Positions 53,586-63,457 of a DNA stretch of 64,000 bases are shown in pieces. This stretch comes from an uncultured Actinomycetes bacterium. Its GTDB lineage: Bacteria; Actinomycetota; Thermoleophilia; Gaiellales; JAICJC01. The stretch covers positions 248,896 through 312,895 of the forward strand of contig CAWEIS010000025.1 of assembly GCA_963809205.1 (NCBI GenBank). The letters run 5' to 3'. The notes beneath the pieces were generated by a model. That model saw only the letters and a list, made by a program, of their open reading frames with translations, had not been told where the DNA came from and searched no databases. How positions within the stretch are numbered: position 1 is the stretch's first letter; the number at the start of each line of letters is the position of its first letter. Made by a program: the position numbers and the translations under genes.

Positions 53586-56138
53586 ATGTTCGAACGATTT
53601 ACAGAGCGTGCCCGACAGGTCGTCGTCCTGGCTCAGGACGAGGCCCGCACGCTCAAGCACAACTACATCGGCACGGAGCACATCCTGCTGGGGCTGCTGC
53701 GTGAGGAAGAGGGTCTCGCCGCGCGCGTGCTCGACGCGCTCGACATCACGGTCGAGGAGGTGCGCGCGCAGGTCGCCCGCATCGTCGGCCAGGGCGACGA
53801 GGTGACGACGGGCCAGATTCCCTTCACTCCGCGCGCCAAGAAGGTGCTGGAGCTGGCGCTGCGCGAGGCGCTGTCGCTGGGCCACAACTACATCGGCACG
53901 GAGCACATCCTGCTCGGCCTCGTCCGCGAGAACGAGGGCGTCGCCGCGCGGATCCTGCTCGACTTCGACGCCGACGCCGAGAAGATCCGCAACGAGATCA
54001 TCCGCATGCTGTCCGGCCCCGGCCGGCGGTCGCAGGGTGCCGGCGGAGCCCCGGGCGAGAAGGGTCAGAAGAGCTCGAAGCTGCTCGACCAGTTCGGCCG
54101 CAACCTGACCAAGCTGGCCACCGAGGGCAAGCTCGACCCGGTCGTCGGGCGCCAGAACGAGATCGAGCGCGTGATGCAGATCCTCTCCCGGCGCACCAAG
54201 AACAACCCGGTGCTGATCGGCGAGCCCGGCGTCGGCAAGACGGCCGTCGTCGAGGGCCTGGCCCAGCGGATCTCGGGCAACCAGGTGCCGGAGCTGCTGA
54301 AGAACAAGCAGATCTACACGCTCGACCTGGCGGCCCTGGTCGCCGGCTCGAAGTACCGCGGCGAGTTCGAGGAGCGGCTGAAGAAGGTCATGAAGGAGAT
54401 CGCCCAGCGGGGCGACATCATCCTGTTCATCGACGAGCTCCACAACCTGGTCGGCGCGGGCGCGGCCGAGGGCGCGATCGACGCGGCCTCGATCCTCAAG
54501 CCGGCGCTGGCCCGCGGCGAGCTGCAGACCATCGGCGCGACCACGCTGGACGAGTACCGCAAGTACCTGGAGCGGGATTCCGCTCTGGAGCGGCGCTTCC
54601 AGCAGATCAAGGTCGAGGAGCCGTCGATCGACGACACCGTGCAGATCCTGCGCGGGCTGCGCGACCGCTACGAGGCGCACCACCGCGTCCGGATCACGGA
54701 CGAGGCGCTGCAGTCGGCGGCCGAGCTGTCCAACCGCTACATCCAGGAGCGGCAGCTGCCGGACAAGGCGATCGACCTGATCGACGAGGCCGCCTCGCGG
54801 ATGCGGATCAAGCTGATGACCGCCCCGCCGGTGCACAAGGAGCTCGACGAAGAGATCGAGCAGGTGCGCAAGGAGAAGGAGGCGTCGATCGAGGCGCAGG
54901 AGTTCGAGAAGGCCGCGAACCTGCGCGACAACGAGCGCAAGCTGACGCTGAAGAAGCGTGAGATGGAGGAGAACTGGAAGTCCTCGGGTGAGGCCGACCA
55001 GGCCGAGATCGGCGAGGAGGAGATCGCCGACATCGTCTCCATGTGGACCGGCATCCCGGTGTTCAAGCTGACCGAGGCCGAGTCGCAGCGCCTGATCCGG
55101 ATGGAGGAGGAGCTGCACAAGCGGGTGATCGGCCAGCACGTCGCCATCGAGGCCGTGTCCAAGGCCATCCGCCGGTCGCGCGCCGGGATCAAGGACCCGA
55201 AGCGGCCGACCGGCTCGTTCATCTTCCTGGGCCCCTCGGGCGTGGGCAAGACCGAGCTGGCGCGGACGCTTGCCGAGTTCCTGTTCGGCGACGAGGACGC
55301 CATGATCCAGGTCGACATGTCGGAGTACATGGAGAAGCACGCCGTGTCCCGGCTGGTCGGCTCGCCTCCGGGCTACGTCGGGTACGACGAGGGCGGTCAG
55401 CTGACCGAGGCAGTCCGCCGCAAGCCGTACTCGGTGGTGCTGCTCGACGAGATCGAGAAGGCGCACCCGGACGTGTTCAACATCCTCCTGCAGATGCTGG
55501 AGGAGGGCCGGCTGACGGACGCTCAGGGCCGCCACGTCGACTTCAAGAACACGATCGTGATCATGACCTCGAACGTCGGGGCTCAGCAGATCGCCAAGAA
55601 CACCCAGCTCGGCTTCGCCGTCGCCGACGACGAGACCGGAGTGTCCTACGAGGACATGAAGACCCGGATCATGGGCGAGCTGAAGAAGGTGTTCCGCCCC
55701 GAGCTGCTGAACCGCATCGACGAGGTGATCGTCTTCCACAAGCTCTCGAAGGACGAGATCAAGCAGATCGTCGACCAGCTGATGAAGCGGGTGCGGGAGC
55801 AGATGAAGCTGCACGAGGTGTCGGTCGAGCTGACCGACTCGGCCAAGGAGTTCATGGTCGACAAGGGCTACGACCCGACCATGGGCGCCCGGCCGCTGCG
55901 CCGCGCGATCCAGCGGTTCATCGAGGATCCGCTGGCGGACTTCATCCTCGGCCGCAGCCTGGCAGCCGGGTCGACCGTCCTGGTCGACCACAAGCCGGAC
56001 GCCGACGAGGTCGAGCTTCAGGTGATCGAGCCGGTCGATGTGCCGGACGCGCCGCCGGCCGACCTGGTGCCGGCCGAGGGTCCGGCCGACGAGGGCCACG
56101 ACGGAGACGACACCGAGGAGCAGCCGGGCGAGTCGTAG
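53586..56138 (+). CDS. clpC: ATP-dependent Clp protease ATP-binding subunit ClpC
   Basis: [38 protein letters not shown] is the Clp_N repeat. Two AAA+ modules ([16 protein letters not shown]) and a UVR-like middle domain are present. Confidence 0.95.
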   Translation: MFERFTERARQVVVLAQDEARTLKHNYIGTEHILLGLLREEEGLAARVLDALDITVEEVRAQVARIVGQGDEVTTGQIPFTPRAKKVLELALREALSLGHNYIGTEHILLGLVRENEGVAARILLDFDADAEKIRNEIIRMLSGPGRRSQGAGGAPGEKGQKSSKLLDQFGRNLTKLATEGKLDPVVGRQNEIERVMQILSRRTKNNPVLIGEPGVGKTAVVEGLAQRISGNQVPELLKNKQIYTLDLAALVAGSKYRGEFEERLKKVMKEIAQRGDIILFIDELHNLVGAGAAEGAIDAASILKPALARGELQTIGATTLDEYRKYLERDSALERRFQQIKVEEPSIDDTVQILRGLRDRYEAHHRVRITDEALQSAAELSNRYIQERQLPDKAIDLIDEAASRMRIKLMTAPPVHKELDEEIEQVRKEKEASIEAQEFEKAANLRDNERKLTLKKREMEENWKSSGEADQAEIGEEEIADIVSMWTGIPVFKLTEAESQRLIRMEEELHKRVIGQHVAIEAVSKAIRRSRAGIKDPKRPTGSFIFLGPSGVGKTELARTLAEFLFGDEDAMIQVDMSEYMEKHAVSRLVGSPPGYVGYDEGGQLTEAVRRKPYSVVLLDEIEKAHPDVFNILLQMLEEGRLTDAQGRHVDFKNTIVIMTSNVGAQQIAKNTQLGFAVADDETGVSYEDMKTRIMGELKKVFRPELLNRIDEVIVFHKLSKDEIKQIVDQLMKRVREQMKLHEVSVELTDSAKEFMVDKGYDPTMGARPLRRAIQRFIEDPLADFILGRSLAAGSTVLVDHKPDADEVELQVIEPVDVPDAPPADLVPAEGPADEGHDGDDTEEQPGES

Positions 56139-56162
56139 CCGCCCGCTGCAATCGAACTGACG

Positions 56163-56188
56163 CGAAGGGCGCCCTCGGGCGCCCTTCG
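56163..56188 (+). terminator. clpC terminator hairpin CGAAGGGCGCC-ctcg-GGCGCCCTTCG
   Basis: Perfect 11-bp GC-rich stem 25 nt after the clpC stop, with only a short T-run after it. Confidence 0.6.
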
Positions 56189-56208
56189 CCGTTTCCGGGG
56201 CCGGTCAC

Positions 56209-56235
56209 GCAACAACGGGTCAGACCCCTTGTTGC
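56209..56235 (+). repeat. palindromic REP-like element, copy 5 (GCAACAACGGGTCAGACCCCTTGTTGC)
   Basis: Same family as 20852-20880, but one G and one T shorter. Confidence 0.8.
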
Positions 56236-56251
56236 GCAGCCTTCGCGACCG

Positions 56252-56280
56252 TTGACACGCATCGTATGGTGTGCTACTTT
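56252..56280 (+). promoter_or_regulatory. TTGACA-N17-TACTTT promoter for the aquaporin-dhaKL-ptsI unit
   Basis: Consensus -35 with 17-nt spacer and a TAnnnT -10, about 95 nt upstream of ATG 56375. Confidence 0.5.
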
Positions 56281-56283
56281 CGC

Positions 56284-56307
56284 CGAACACTGTTCGACAT
56301 TATCGAA
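56284..56307. promoter_or_regulatory. overlapping palindromes CGAACACTGTTCG and TTCGACATTATCGAA just downstream of the -10 (candidate repressor operator)
   Basis: Perfect 5-3-5 and 5-5-5 inverted repeats. A related site, CGAACACCATTCG, lies at 61240-61252. Confidence 0.4.
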
Positions 56308-56374
56308 AGATAGTCGACGGTACGGCATGTTCCCCGCGACGGAGCGGGGACGATCTCCGAAGGAGGAGTGGCTG

Positions 56375-57151
56375 ATGAGTGAGCATTCGATGCCGCAGAG
56401 GCTCGCGGCCGAGGCGCTGGGGACGGCGGTGCTGGTCTTCATCGGAGCAGGCTCCGTGCCGGCGCTGTTCCTGGCCCGTGGCGGTGAGGGCGGTGCGCCA
56501 TTCACCGGGGCCGAGCTGTTTGCGATCGCCACGGCATTCGGCCTGGCGGTCGTCGGCATGGTGTACGCGATCGGCAAGGTTTCGGGCTGCCACATCAACC
56601 CGGCCGTGACGTTCGCGCTGCTGGTCACCCGCCGCGTTCCGACCGGCGAGGCGCTGCCCTACATGGCGGCGCAGGTATTCGGCGCGATCGTGGGCGGGCT
56701 GACCATCTGGGGCGTCTTCGGCGACAAGGTGAAGACCGCCGGGGTCGGCGTCATCAGCTACGCCGATCCGACGTCAGTGTTCTCGGCCTTCCTGAACGAG
56801 GCGGTGGGCACGGCGATCCTGATGTTCGTGATCCTGGGCATCGTCGACAAGCGGTCACCCGACATGCTCGCCGGCCTGGTCATCGGCCTGATCGTGATCG
56901 GGATCATCATCACCGTCGGCCCGCAGACCGGAGCGGCCATCAACCCCGCCCGCTACCTGGGCACGATGGTGACGGCCTCGTTCGCCGGTCTGACGACGTT
57001 CTGGGATCAGGCCTGGCTGTACATCGTTGCCGACGGAGCCGGTGCGGCGCTCGGGGCGCTCGCGTATGACCTGCTGGCCACGCCGCGCAAGGTCGTGGAG
57101 CCGATCGCCGAGGCGGTCACCCGGCCGGACGAGGTCGAGGTGCACGCGTGA
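56375..57151 (+). CDS. MIP family channel (aquaporin/glycerol facilitator-like)
   Basis: Two NPA motifs (GCHINPAVT, GAAINPARY). SD GAAGGAGG upstream. Confidence 0.9.
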   Translation: MSEHSMPQRLAAEALGTAVLVFIGAGSVPALFLARGGEGGAPFTGAELFAIATAFGLAVVGMVYAIGKVSGCHINPAVTFALLVTRRVPTGEALPYMAAQVFGAIVGGLTIWGVFGDKVKTAGVGVISYADPTSVFSAFLNEAVGTAILMFVILGIVDKRSPDMLAGLVIGLIVIGIIITVGPQTGAAINPARYLGTMVTASFAGLTTFWDQAWLYIVADGAGAALGALAYDLLATPRKVVEPIAEAVTRPDEVEVHA

Positions 57152-57195
57152 TCTGCAACCATCCGAGTCATGACGGATCTCGAAGGGAGCCGTAG

Positions 57196-58218
57196 GTGAG
57201 CACCACCGAACACGTAATGAGCAAGTTCCTGAACAACCCGGACGACATCGTCCCAGAGTCGCTGGCGGGACTCGCGGCCGCTCACCCCGATCTGGTGACG
57301 GTCGACCTGGAGAACCAGGTCGTGCTGCGGGCCGGCGGGCCGGTCAAGGACAAGGTCGCGCTGGTGTCCGGCGGCGGGAGCGGTCATGAGCCGCTGCACG
57401 GCGGGTTCGTCGGGCTCGGGATGCTCGACGCCGCGTGCGCGGGCGCCGTCTTCACGTCGCCCGTGCCCGACCAGATGCTGGCCGGCAGCAAGGCTGCCGA
57501 CGGTGGCGCCGGCGTGCTGCACATCGTCAAGAACTACACCGGCGACGTGCTGAACTTCAAGATGGCGGCCGACATGCTGGACGACGACGGCGTCAGCGTG
57601 GAGACCGTACTCGTCAACGACGACGTGGCGGTGGAGGACAGCCTGTACACGGCGGGCCGCCGCGGCACGGGTGCGACGGTGCTGCTCGAGAAGATCGCCG
57701 GCGCCAAGGCCGAGCAGGGGGCGTCGCTGCAGGAGGTCGCAGCCGTCGCCCAGCGGGTCAACGATCGCGCTCGCTCCTTCGGCGTGGCGCTCAGTTCGTG
57801 CACCCCGCCGTCCGCCGGCTCGCCGATCTTCCAGATCAGCCCGGGCGAGATCGAGCTCGGCGTGGGCATCCACGGCGAGCCAGGACGGCGCAGGGCGCAG
57901 CTGGGCAACGCTGCCGAGGTGGCGGCGCAGATGGCGACGCCGATCCTGGACGACCTCGGGCTGGAGTCGGGCTCGCGCGTGCTGGCCTTCGTCAACAGCC
58001 TCGGCGCAACGCCTGCGATCGAGCTCTACGTGCTGTTCGGGGACCTGTCGAAGCTGCTCGCCGAGCGCGGCATCGAGGTCGGCCGCAGCCTCGTCGGGCC
58101 GTACATCACCAGCCTGGAGATGGCCGGCGCGTCCTTCACGCTGCTCGAACTTGACAGCGAGCTCGAGGCGCTGTGGGATGCATCGGTCCACACCCCGGCG
58201 CTGCGCTGGGGCGTCTGA
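57196..58218 (+). CDS. dhaK: dihydroxyacetone kinase subunit DhaK
   Basis: KFLNNPDDIVPESLAG...VALVSGGGSGHEPLHGGFVG...HIVKNYTGDVLNF. The start could be ATG 57217. Confidence 0.92.
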   Translation: MSTTEHVMSKFLNNPDDIVPESLAGLAAAHPDLVTVDLENQVVLRAGGPVKDKVALVSGGGSGHEPLHGGFVGLGMLDAACAGAVFTSPVPDQMLAGSKAADGGAGVLHIVKNYTGDVLNFKMAADMLDDDGVSVETVLVNDDVAVEDSLYTAGRRGTGATVLLEKIAGAKAEQGASLQEVAAVAQRVNDRARSFGVALSSCTPPSAGSPIFQISPGEIELGVGIHGEPGRRRAQLGNAAEVAAQMATPILDDLGLESGSRVLAFVNSLGATPAIELYVLFGDLSKLLAERGIEVGRSLVGPYITSLEMAGASFTLLELDSELEALWDASVHTPALRWGV

Positions 58219-58232
58219 CCGGCGGAGCGACG

Positions 58233-58865
58233 ATGAACGCCCAGACCATCACGCGCTGGATGGAGGAGACCGCCTCTGCGATCGGCGAGAGCCGTGACTA
58301 CCTGACCCAGTTGGACGCTGCGATCGGCGATGCCGACCACGGCGCTAACATGGATCGCGGCTTCGCCGCCGTCGTGTCGGCGCTGGATGGTCTGGGCGAT
58401 CAGCCCCCGGGCAGAGTGCTGATCGCCGCCGGCCGCACGCTGATCTCGAACGTCGGCGGGGCCAGCGGCCCGCTCTGGGGCAGCGCCCTGCGCGGAGCGG
58501 GCAAGCAGCTGGGCGACGATCCGGACTTCGGGCCGGGCGACCTGGCCGATGCCCTGGACGCCGCGCTGGCCGCGGTGGTGGAGCTGGGCGCGGCGGAGGA
58601 GGGGGACAAGACGATGGTCGACGCGCTCGCCCCGGCCGTGCGTGCCTACCGCTCGGGCCTTGACGACGGCGGCGAGGTGGTGGCGGCGCTCGACTCGGCC
58701 GCGGCCGCGGCCGAGGAGGGGATGCAGGCAACGACGCCGATGCTGGCGCGCAAGGGTCGGGCCTCCTACCTCGGCGAGCGGTCGATTGGCCACCAGGACC
58801 CCGGCGCGACGTCGGCCGCGATCATCGTCTCGGCGCTCGACCGAGCAGTCCGCGCGGAGGGATGA
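58233..58865 (+). CDS. dhaL: dihydroxyacetone kinase subunit DhaL (ADP-binding)
   Basis: LTQLDAAIGDADHGANMDRGF...GGASGPLWG...GDKTMVDAL. Confidence 0.9.
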   Translation: MNAQTITRWMEETASAIGESRDYLTQLDAAIGDADHGANMDRGFAAVVSALDGLGDQPPGRVLIAAGRTLISNVGGASGPLWGSALRGAGKQLGDDPDFGPGDLADALDAALAAVVELGAAEEGDKTMVDALAPAVRAYRSGLDDGGEVVAALDSAAAAAEEGMQATTPMLARKGRASYLGERSIGHQDPGATSAAIIVSALDRAVRAEG

Positions 58866-60538
58866 CGATGGTGATCACCGGCGTCCCAGCCGCCCCGGGC
58901 CGGGCGGTGGGCCGGTCGTGGACGCGGCTCCCGGTCGATGCCGAGCACCGTAACGGCGGTGCGGGCGGCGATCAGGCGGCCCGCGCCAGGCTGCTGCTGG
59001 CCGCGGTGGCCGATGACTTCAACGGGCTGGCCGACCGGCTCCGCGAGGAGCAGCGGACAGCCGAGGCCGAGATCGTCGAGACAGGCGCTCTGATCGCCGG
59101 CGACCCGGAGCTCGAGGCGGCCGCCGTGGCGCGCGCCGAGGGCGGCATGTCTGCTGAGCAGGCGATCGCGGACGCGGCCGCCGAGATGGCGCTCGAGCTG
59201 GAGTCGCTGGAGCAGGAGCTGATGCGTGAGCGCGCGGCAGACGTGCGGTCGGTGGCGAGGCGCGCGCGCGAGCTGGCGGCCCCCGGCGGCGAGCGGTGCG
59301 GCGAGCCCAACGGCCCGTGCGTGCTGCTCACCGACGAGCTCGGCCCCGCTGATGTCGTCCGGCTCGACCCGGCGATGGTGCTCGGCATCGCGCTCTCCAG
59401 CGGGGGTGCGACGTCGCATGCGGCGATCGTCGCCCGGTCGCTCGGCATCCCCCTGGTGGTCGGTGCCGGAGGGACGCTGCTCGCGGTCGTGGACGGCAGC
59501 AGCGTGATCGTCGACGGCGACAGCGGACAGGTGGTGATCGATCCGGACGATGCTGACGCCGACGGCGTCCGTCAGGCGATGGAGGCCGCGCGGACGGCGC
59601 GCCGCCGGTCGGCCGCCGACCGTGAGCCCGCGGTGACGTCGGACGGCCGGCGCATCGTGGTGTTGTGCAACGCGGCGACCGAGGCCGAGGTCGTGGCCGG
59701 CCTGGAGAGCGGCGCCGAGGGCGTTGGCCTGCTGCGCACTGAGCTGCCGTTTCTCGAAGCCGGGGCGTGGCCCACCCGTGCCGAGCACTTGGCGGCGCTC
59801 CGGCCTCTGCTCGATCATCTGCACGGCCGCCAGGTCACGGTGCGGGTGCTCGACTTCGGCGGGGACAAGACGCCACCGTTCCTGCGTGACGCGGGCAGCG
59901 CGGGGTCGGCACTCGGCCCGCGCGGCGTGCGGCTGCTGCTGGACGCACCCGAGGCGCTGGCCGCGCAGCTGTCGGCGCTGCTCGAGGCCGCCCGCGGGTG
60001 TCAGCTTTCTGTGATGGTGCCGATGGTCGCCCGCGCCGACGATCTGCGCCTCGTCCGTGACGCGCTGCGCGGCGCCGCCGGGCTCGCGCCCGTGCCGCCG
60101 CTCGGCGCGATGGTCGAGGTGCCCGCCGCCGCGCTGTGTGCGGACGAGTTGGTCGACGAGTCGGACTTCTTCTCGATCGGCACCAACGATCTGGTTCAGT
60201 ACACGCTTGCCGCCGACCGTGAGGACCCGCGGCTGGCTGACCTGGCCGTCGCGCACCATCCCGCGGTGCTGCGCCTGGTCAAGCGCACCGTCGAGGCCGC
60301 GCATGCGCGGGGCCGTCGGGTGACGGTGTGCGGCGAGGCGGCCGGCGACCCGATCGCGTTCCCGCTGCTGGTGGGGCTGGGCGTGGACGGCCTCTCGGTC
60401 GGCGCCAGCCGGGTTGCGGACATCCGCCGCCGGGTGCGCGGGCTGGATGCGACGCGAGCCGTCGCGGTCGCGGCCGAGGCGCTGGAATCACGCTCGGCGG
60501 GTGCGGTTGCCGCGCTGGTTGCGCCGCTCTCGCGGTGA
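58862..60538 (+). CDS. ptsI: phosphoenolpyruvate--protein phosphotransferase (PTS enzyme I)
   Basis: Phosphohistidine region GGATSHAAIVARSLGIPLVVG and the PEP-utilising C-domain (GLLRTELPF, FFSIGTNDLVQY). ATGA overlap with dhaL. Confidence 0.92.
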   Translation: MTMVITGVPAAPGRAVGRSWTRLPVDAEHRNGGAGGDQAARARLLLAAVADDFNGLADRLREEQRTAEAEIVETGALIAGDPELEAAAVARAEGGMSAEQAIADAAAEMALELESLEQELMRERAADVRSVARRARELAAPGGERCGEPNGPCVLLTDELGPADVVRLDPAMVLGIALSSGGATSHAAIVARSLGIPLVVGAGGTLLAVVDGSSVIVDGDSGQVVIDPDDADADGVRQAMEAARTARRRSAADREPAVTSDGRRIVVLCNAATEAEVVAGLESGAEGVGLLRTELPFLEAGAWPTRAEHLAALRPLLDHLHGRQVTVRVLDFGGDKTPPFLRDAGSAGSALGPRGVRLLLDAPEALAAQLSALLEAARGCQLSVMVPMVARADDLRLVRDALRGAAGLAPVPPLGAMVEVPAAALCADELVDESDFFSIGTNDLVQYTLAADREDPRLADLAVAHHPAVLRLVKRTVEAAHARGRRVTVCGEAAGDPIAFPLLVGLGVDGLSVGASRVADIRRRVRGLDATRAVAVAAEALESRSAGAVAALVAPLSR

Positions 60539-60548
60539 GCCGAACGGC

Positions 60549-60833
60549 TCAGGCGTCCCGGAGCGAGCTGATCACACTGGCCAGGTGCGCGACGGCCGCT
60601 TCCGCGCCCTCGCCCTCGCCGCGAACGGTCACGATTGCCCCGGGCTCGGCGCCCAGCGCCATCACCCGCAGCACCGACTTGGCGTCCGCCTTGCGATCGC
60701 CGAATACGAGTGTCAGCTGCGCCGAAAACTGCATCGCCTCGCGCGCGACGACGCCGGCCGGCCGCGCGTGCAGCGCCACGTCGTCGGGCAGCGTCGCTGT
60801 GGTCTCGGCTGCAGGCTCAGAGCTTGCCGACAT
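60549..60833 (-). CDS. ptsH: HPr family phosphocarrier protein
   Basis: LHARPAG (His-15 context) and KADAKSVLRVMALG (Ser-46 context). The start overlaps the dhaM end by 17 nt. Confidence 0.85.
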   Translation of the reverse strand: MSASSEPAAETTATLPDDVALHARPAGVVAREAMQFSAQLTLVFGDRKADAKSVLRVMALGAEPGAIVTVRGEGEGAEAAVAHLASVISSLRDA

Positions 60834-61221
60834 CACGCGCCTCCTCAGCCGCCGCGACCACGGCCTCGAGCGGGGCGCCGCCCGAGGCTGCCACCGCTGC
60901 GGCGACCGCGCCCTCAACGAGCGGTGCGTCGGCCATCTCGGCGCGCACGCCGTCGGCATCCGCCAGAGCACCCTTGACGGACAGCACCGCGCTGCCCATG
61001 TCCATCAGCACGATCGCCCCGACGCCGGCGCCGGCCTCGGCGATTGCGGCGGCGATCCGGTCGCCGTCCGTACCCAGCGAGCCGTCCGGCCCTCCTCCCG
61101 CGGCGAAGATCGGCACGTCGTCGCCGGCGAACTGACGGAGCAGGTCCCGGAGCCCCTCTGCGATCGCATCGCTATGCGACACGAGGACGATTCCGACATA
61201 CTCTCGATCGTCGACTGACAC
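60817..61221 (-). CDS. dhaM: dihydroxyacetone kinase phosphotransfer subunit DhaM, EIIA(Man)-like domain only
   Basis: VGIVLVSHSDAIAEGLRDL...VLMDMGSAVLS is typical of the DhaM/EIIA-Man N-domain; 134 aa without fused HPr or EI domains. Confidence 0.85.
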   Translation of the reverse strand: MSVDDREYVGIVLVSHSDAIAEGLRDLLRQFAGDDVPIFAAGGGPDGSLGTDGDRIAAAIAEAGAGVGAIVLMDMGSAVLSVKGALADADGVRAEMADAPLVEGAVAAAVAASGGAPLEAVVAAAEEARDVGKL

Positions 61222-61239
61222 CGCACTATTCTACATTGT

Positions 61240-61252
61240 CGAACACCATTCG
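61240..61252. promoter_or_regulatory. CGAACACCATTCG operator-like site in the dhaM/iclR divergent region
   Basis: 11 of 13 positions identical to 56284-56296. Sits next to TAGAAT (dhaM side, 61228-61233 complement) and TACATT (iclR side, 61232-61237). Confidence 0.4.
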
Positions 61253-61274
61253 GCAATGACGACCACGGAGAACC

Positions 61275-62039
61275 ATGATCCAGTCCGTCGAACGGGCGGC
61301 CAACATCCTCAAGGCCCTGGGCGGCGGCTCACGCAGGCTGGGCGTCAGCGAGCTCTCCGACCAGCTCGGGCTGGCCAAGGGCACCGTCCATGGACTGCTG
61401 CGCACGCTCGAGGCGCACGGGCTGGTCGAGCAGGATCCGGAGACGGACAAGTACCAGCTGGGTGCCACGCTGCTGCGTCTGGGCAACAGCTATCTGGACA
61501 CCAGCGAGCTGCGGTCGCGGGCGCTGCGATGGTCGGAGCGGCTGGCCGAGAACACGGGCGAATCGGTGCGCGTCGGGGTGCCGCACGGTCTTGGCGTGCT
61601 CGTCGTCCACCACGTCTTTCGTCCCGACAACAGCCTGCAGATCCTGGAGGTCGGAGCAGTGCTGCCGCTCCACGCCAGCGCGTCGGGTAAGGCGCTGCTG
61701 GCGTTCGACCACGACCTGGAGACGGAGGTGCTGGCCGGCGACCTGCCCAGGCTGACCGGCCGCACGGTCACCGGCAAGGCAGCGCTCCGCACGCAGCTCG
61801 CGAAGGTGCGCGAACGCGGGTACGCGCTGGAGCGCGAGGAGGCGGTGATCGGTGACGCCGGGGTGGCCGCGCCGATCTTCGACAGGCGGGGCGACGCGGT
61901 CGGGACGATCGGCCTCAGCGGGCCGGTCGAGCGGCTTGGTCAACGCACCAGGCAGACGGCGATGGCCGGCGCCGTCACCGATGCCGCGCGCGGCGTCTCT
62001 CGCGAGCTCGGCGCGTCCTCCTGGCCCGCGCCCCGATGA
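61275..62039 (+). CDS. IclR family transcriptional regulator
   Basis: IQSVERAANILKAL...LSDQLGLAKGTVHGLLRTLE (HTH) plus the IclR effector domain (GEAVIGDAGVAAPIFD). Confidence 0.9.
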   Translation: MIQSVERAANILKALGGGSRRLGVSELSDQLGLAKGTVHGLLRTLEAHGLVEQDPETDKYQLGATLLRLGNSYLDTSELRSRALRWSERLAENTGESVRVGVPHGLGVLVVHHVFRPDNSLQILEVGAVLPLHASASGKALLAFDHDLETEVLAGDLPRLTGRTVTGKAALRTQLAKVRERGYALEREEAVIGDAGVAAPIFDRRGDAVGTIGLSGPVERLGQRTRQTAMAGAVTDAARGVSRELGASSWPAPR

Positions 62040-62071
62040 CGGCCTGGCACCCGGGCAAGTAGCATCCGGGC

Positions 62072-62905
62072 GTGAGCGACACCGACGTCGCGGACCGAAT
62101 TCGCGCCCACCTGGACGAACTGTCGCCGAACGATCGGCGGATCGCCCGACAGCTCCTCGACCACTACGCGCAGGCGCCGTTCGAGACGGCCGAGTCCTTG
62201 GCCACCAAGGTCGGCGTCAGCAAGGCGGCGGTCGTCCGGTTCGCCGTGCGGGTCGGATTCCCCGGCTTCTCCGAGCTGCACGAGGCGCTGCGCGAGGAGG
62301 CGGTCGCGCGGCTGTCCGGCCCGGCGGCCGTGGACGGCGGCGGCGACGTGATCGACGCGGTGGCGGAGCGGGCGCGCACCGACCTGGCCGCTATGCGCGC
62401 CGGCGTCGACCGCCGGGCGTTCGACGAGGCCGTGGGAATGCTGACGAAGGGCAGCGGCAAGATCGGGATCTTCGGCCACCGCAAGTCCGCGGCCCTGGCC
62501 GAGTATGCGTACTACCTGCTCAACCCGCTGCTGCCGAACGCGTGGCCGATCGCGGCGGGCGAGCCGGGCATCGCCGACCAGCTGATCGACCTCGAGCCCC
62601 GCGACCGGCTGATCGCCTTCACCTTCCGCCGGTATGCCAAGGTGACGGCCGAGGTGGTGCGGTCGTTCCACGAGGCGGGCGGATTGACGCTGCTCGTCAC
62701 CGACGACCTGATGGCTCCGGCCTCGTCGCAGGCGACCCACGTGCTGGTGTGCGCCCCGGCCGCCGCCGGGGAGTTCGACACGGCGGCGCCGGGCATCGTG
62801 CTGGTGGAGGCGCTGGCCGCCGCGATCGCCTCGCGGGTGCGCGGCCGCCGCGGCCGCAGGCTCGACCTGGCGGAGCAGCTGTGGAAGCAGTTCGGCACCT
62901 ACTGA
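62072..62905 (+). CDS. MurR/RpiR family transcriptional regulator (HTH_6 + SIS)
   Basis: LSPNDRRIARQLLDHYAQAPFETAESLATKVGVSKAAVVRFAVRVGFPGFSEL followed by a SIS-like domain. Confidence 0.88.
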   Translation: MSDTDVADRIRAHLDELSPNDRRIARQLLDHYAQAPFETAESLATKVGVSKAAVVRFAVRVGFPGFSELHEALREEAVARLSGPAAVDGGGDVIDAVAERARTDLAAMRAGVDRRAFDEAVGMLTKGSGKIGIFGHRKSAALAEYAYYLLNPLLPNAWPIAAGEPGIADQLIDLEPRDRLIAFTFRRYAKVTAEVVRSFHEAGGLTLLVTDDLMAPASSQATHVLVCAPAAAGEFDTAAPGIVLVEALAAAIASRVRGRRGRRLDLAEQLWKQFGTY

Positions 62906-63429
62906 GCGCCCGGCTGCTCTCGGGCATCGTGGTGGCCGCCGCCGCGCTCGCCGTGCTCGTCCTCGCCGCGCCGCCCGGGCCGGCCTCGGTGGTGGCGATC
63001 GGCGAGCCGTCGACGTACACCGCGCCGTCGTCTCGCGACGACCGCGACCGCGCGTTCCCGGCCTGCCCGGCGCCGTCGGACGTCCCGGCCGCCACTGTCA
63101 CCCTGGATGCCCGGCGCGTCGCCCATCGCTTCGCCGGCGCCTGGTCCGCCGGCAGCGCCGAGGGGATGGTGGGGCTGTCCGACCCCGTGTTCCGCGGCCG
63201 TGCGCGGGGGCTCTCGCTGGTCGCCGGCGGGCCCGGGTCGGCGGCACGGGCGCGGGTGGTCGGCATCGGCCACGACCCGCTGGCCGGCCCGCTCGGACGA
63301 CGCTGCGGGCCGCAGGCGCTGACCCTGATGCGGGTCGTCCAGCTGCGCGGCACCTCGGTGTCCCGCTCCACCTTGCAGGTGTACGTGGTGTGGCGTCCCG
63401 ATGGATCGCGGGTCTGGGCGCTTCGGTGA
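62902..63429 (+). CDS. hypothetical secreted/membrane-anchored protein (start uncertain: CTG 62902 or GTG 62929)
   Basis: Signal-like N-terminus SARLLSGIVVAAAALAVLVLAAPPG. No family recognised. Confidence 0.4.
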   Translation: MSARLLSGIVVAAAALAVLVLAAPPGPASVVAIGEPSTYTAPSSRDDRDRAFPACPAPSDVPAATVTLDARRVAHRFAGAWSAGSAEGMVGLSDPVFRGRARGLSLVAGGPGSAARARVVGIGHDPLAGPLGRRCGPQALTLMRVVQLRGTSVSRSTLQVYVVWRPDGSRVWALR

Positions 63430-63457
63430 CCGCCCGAGATGGCACAATTGGATCACC

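Noticed and set aside
53541-56099. 852-aa ORF on the - strand
   Set aside because: It is antisense to clpC and has a repetitive Leu/Arg/Asp/Val composition mirroring clpC codons. clpC on the + strand is certain.
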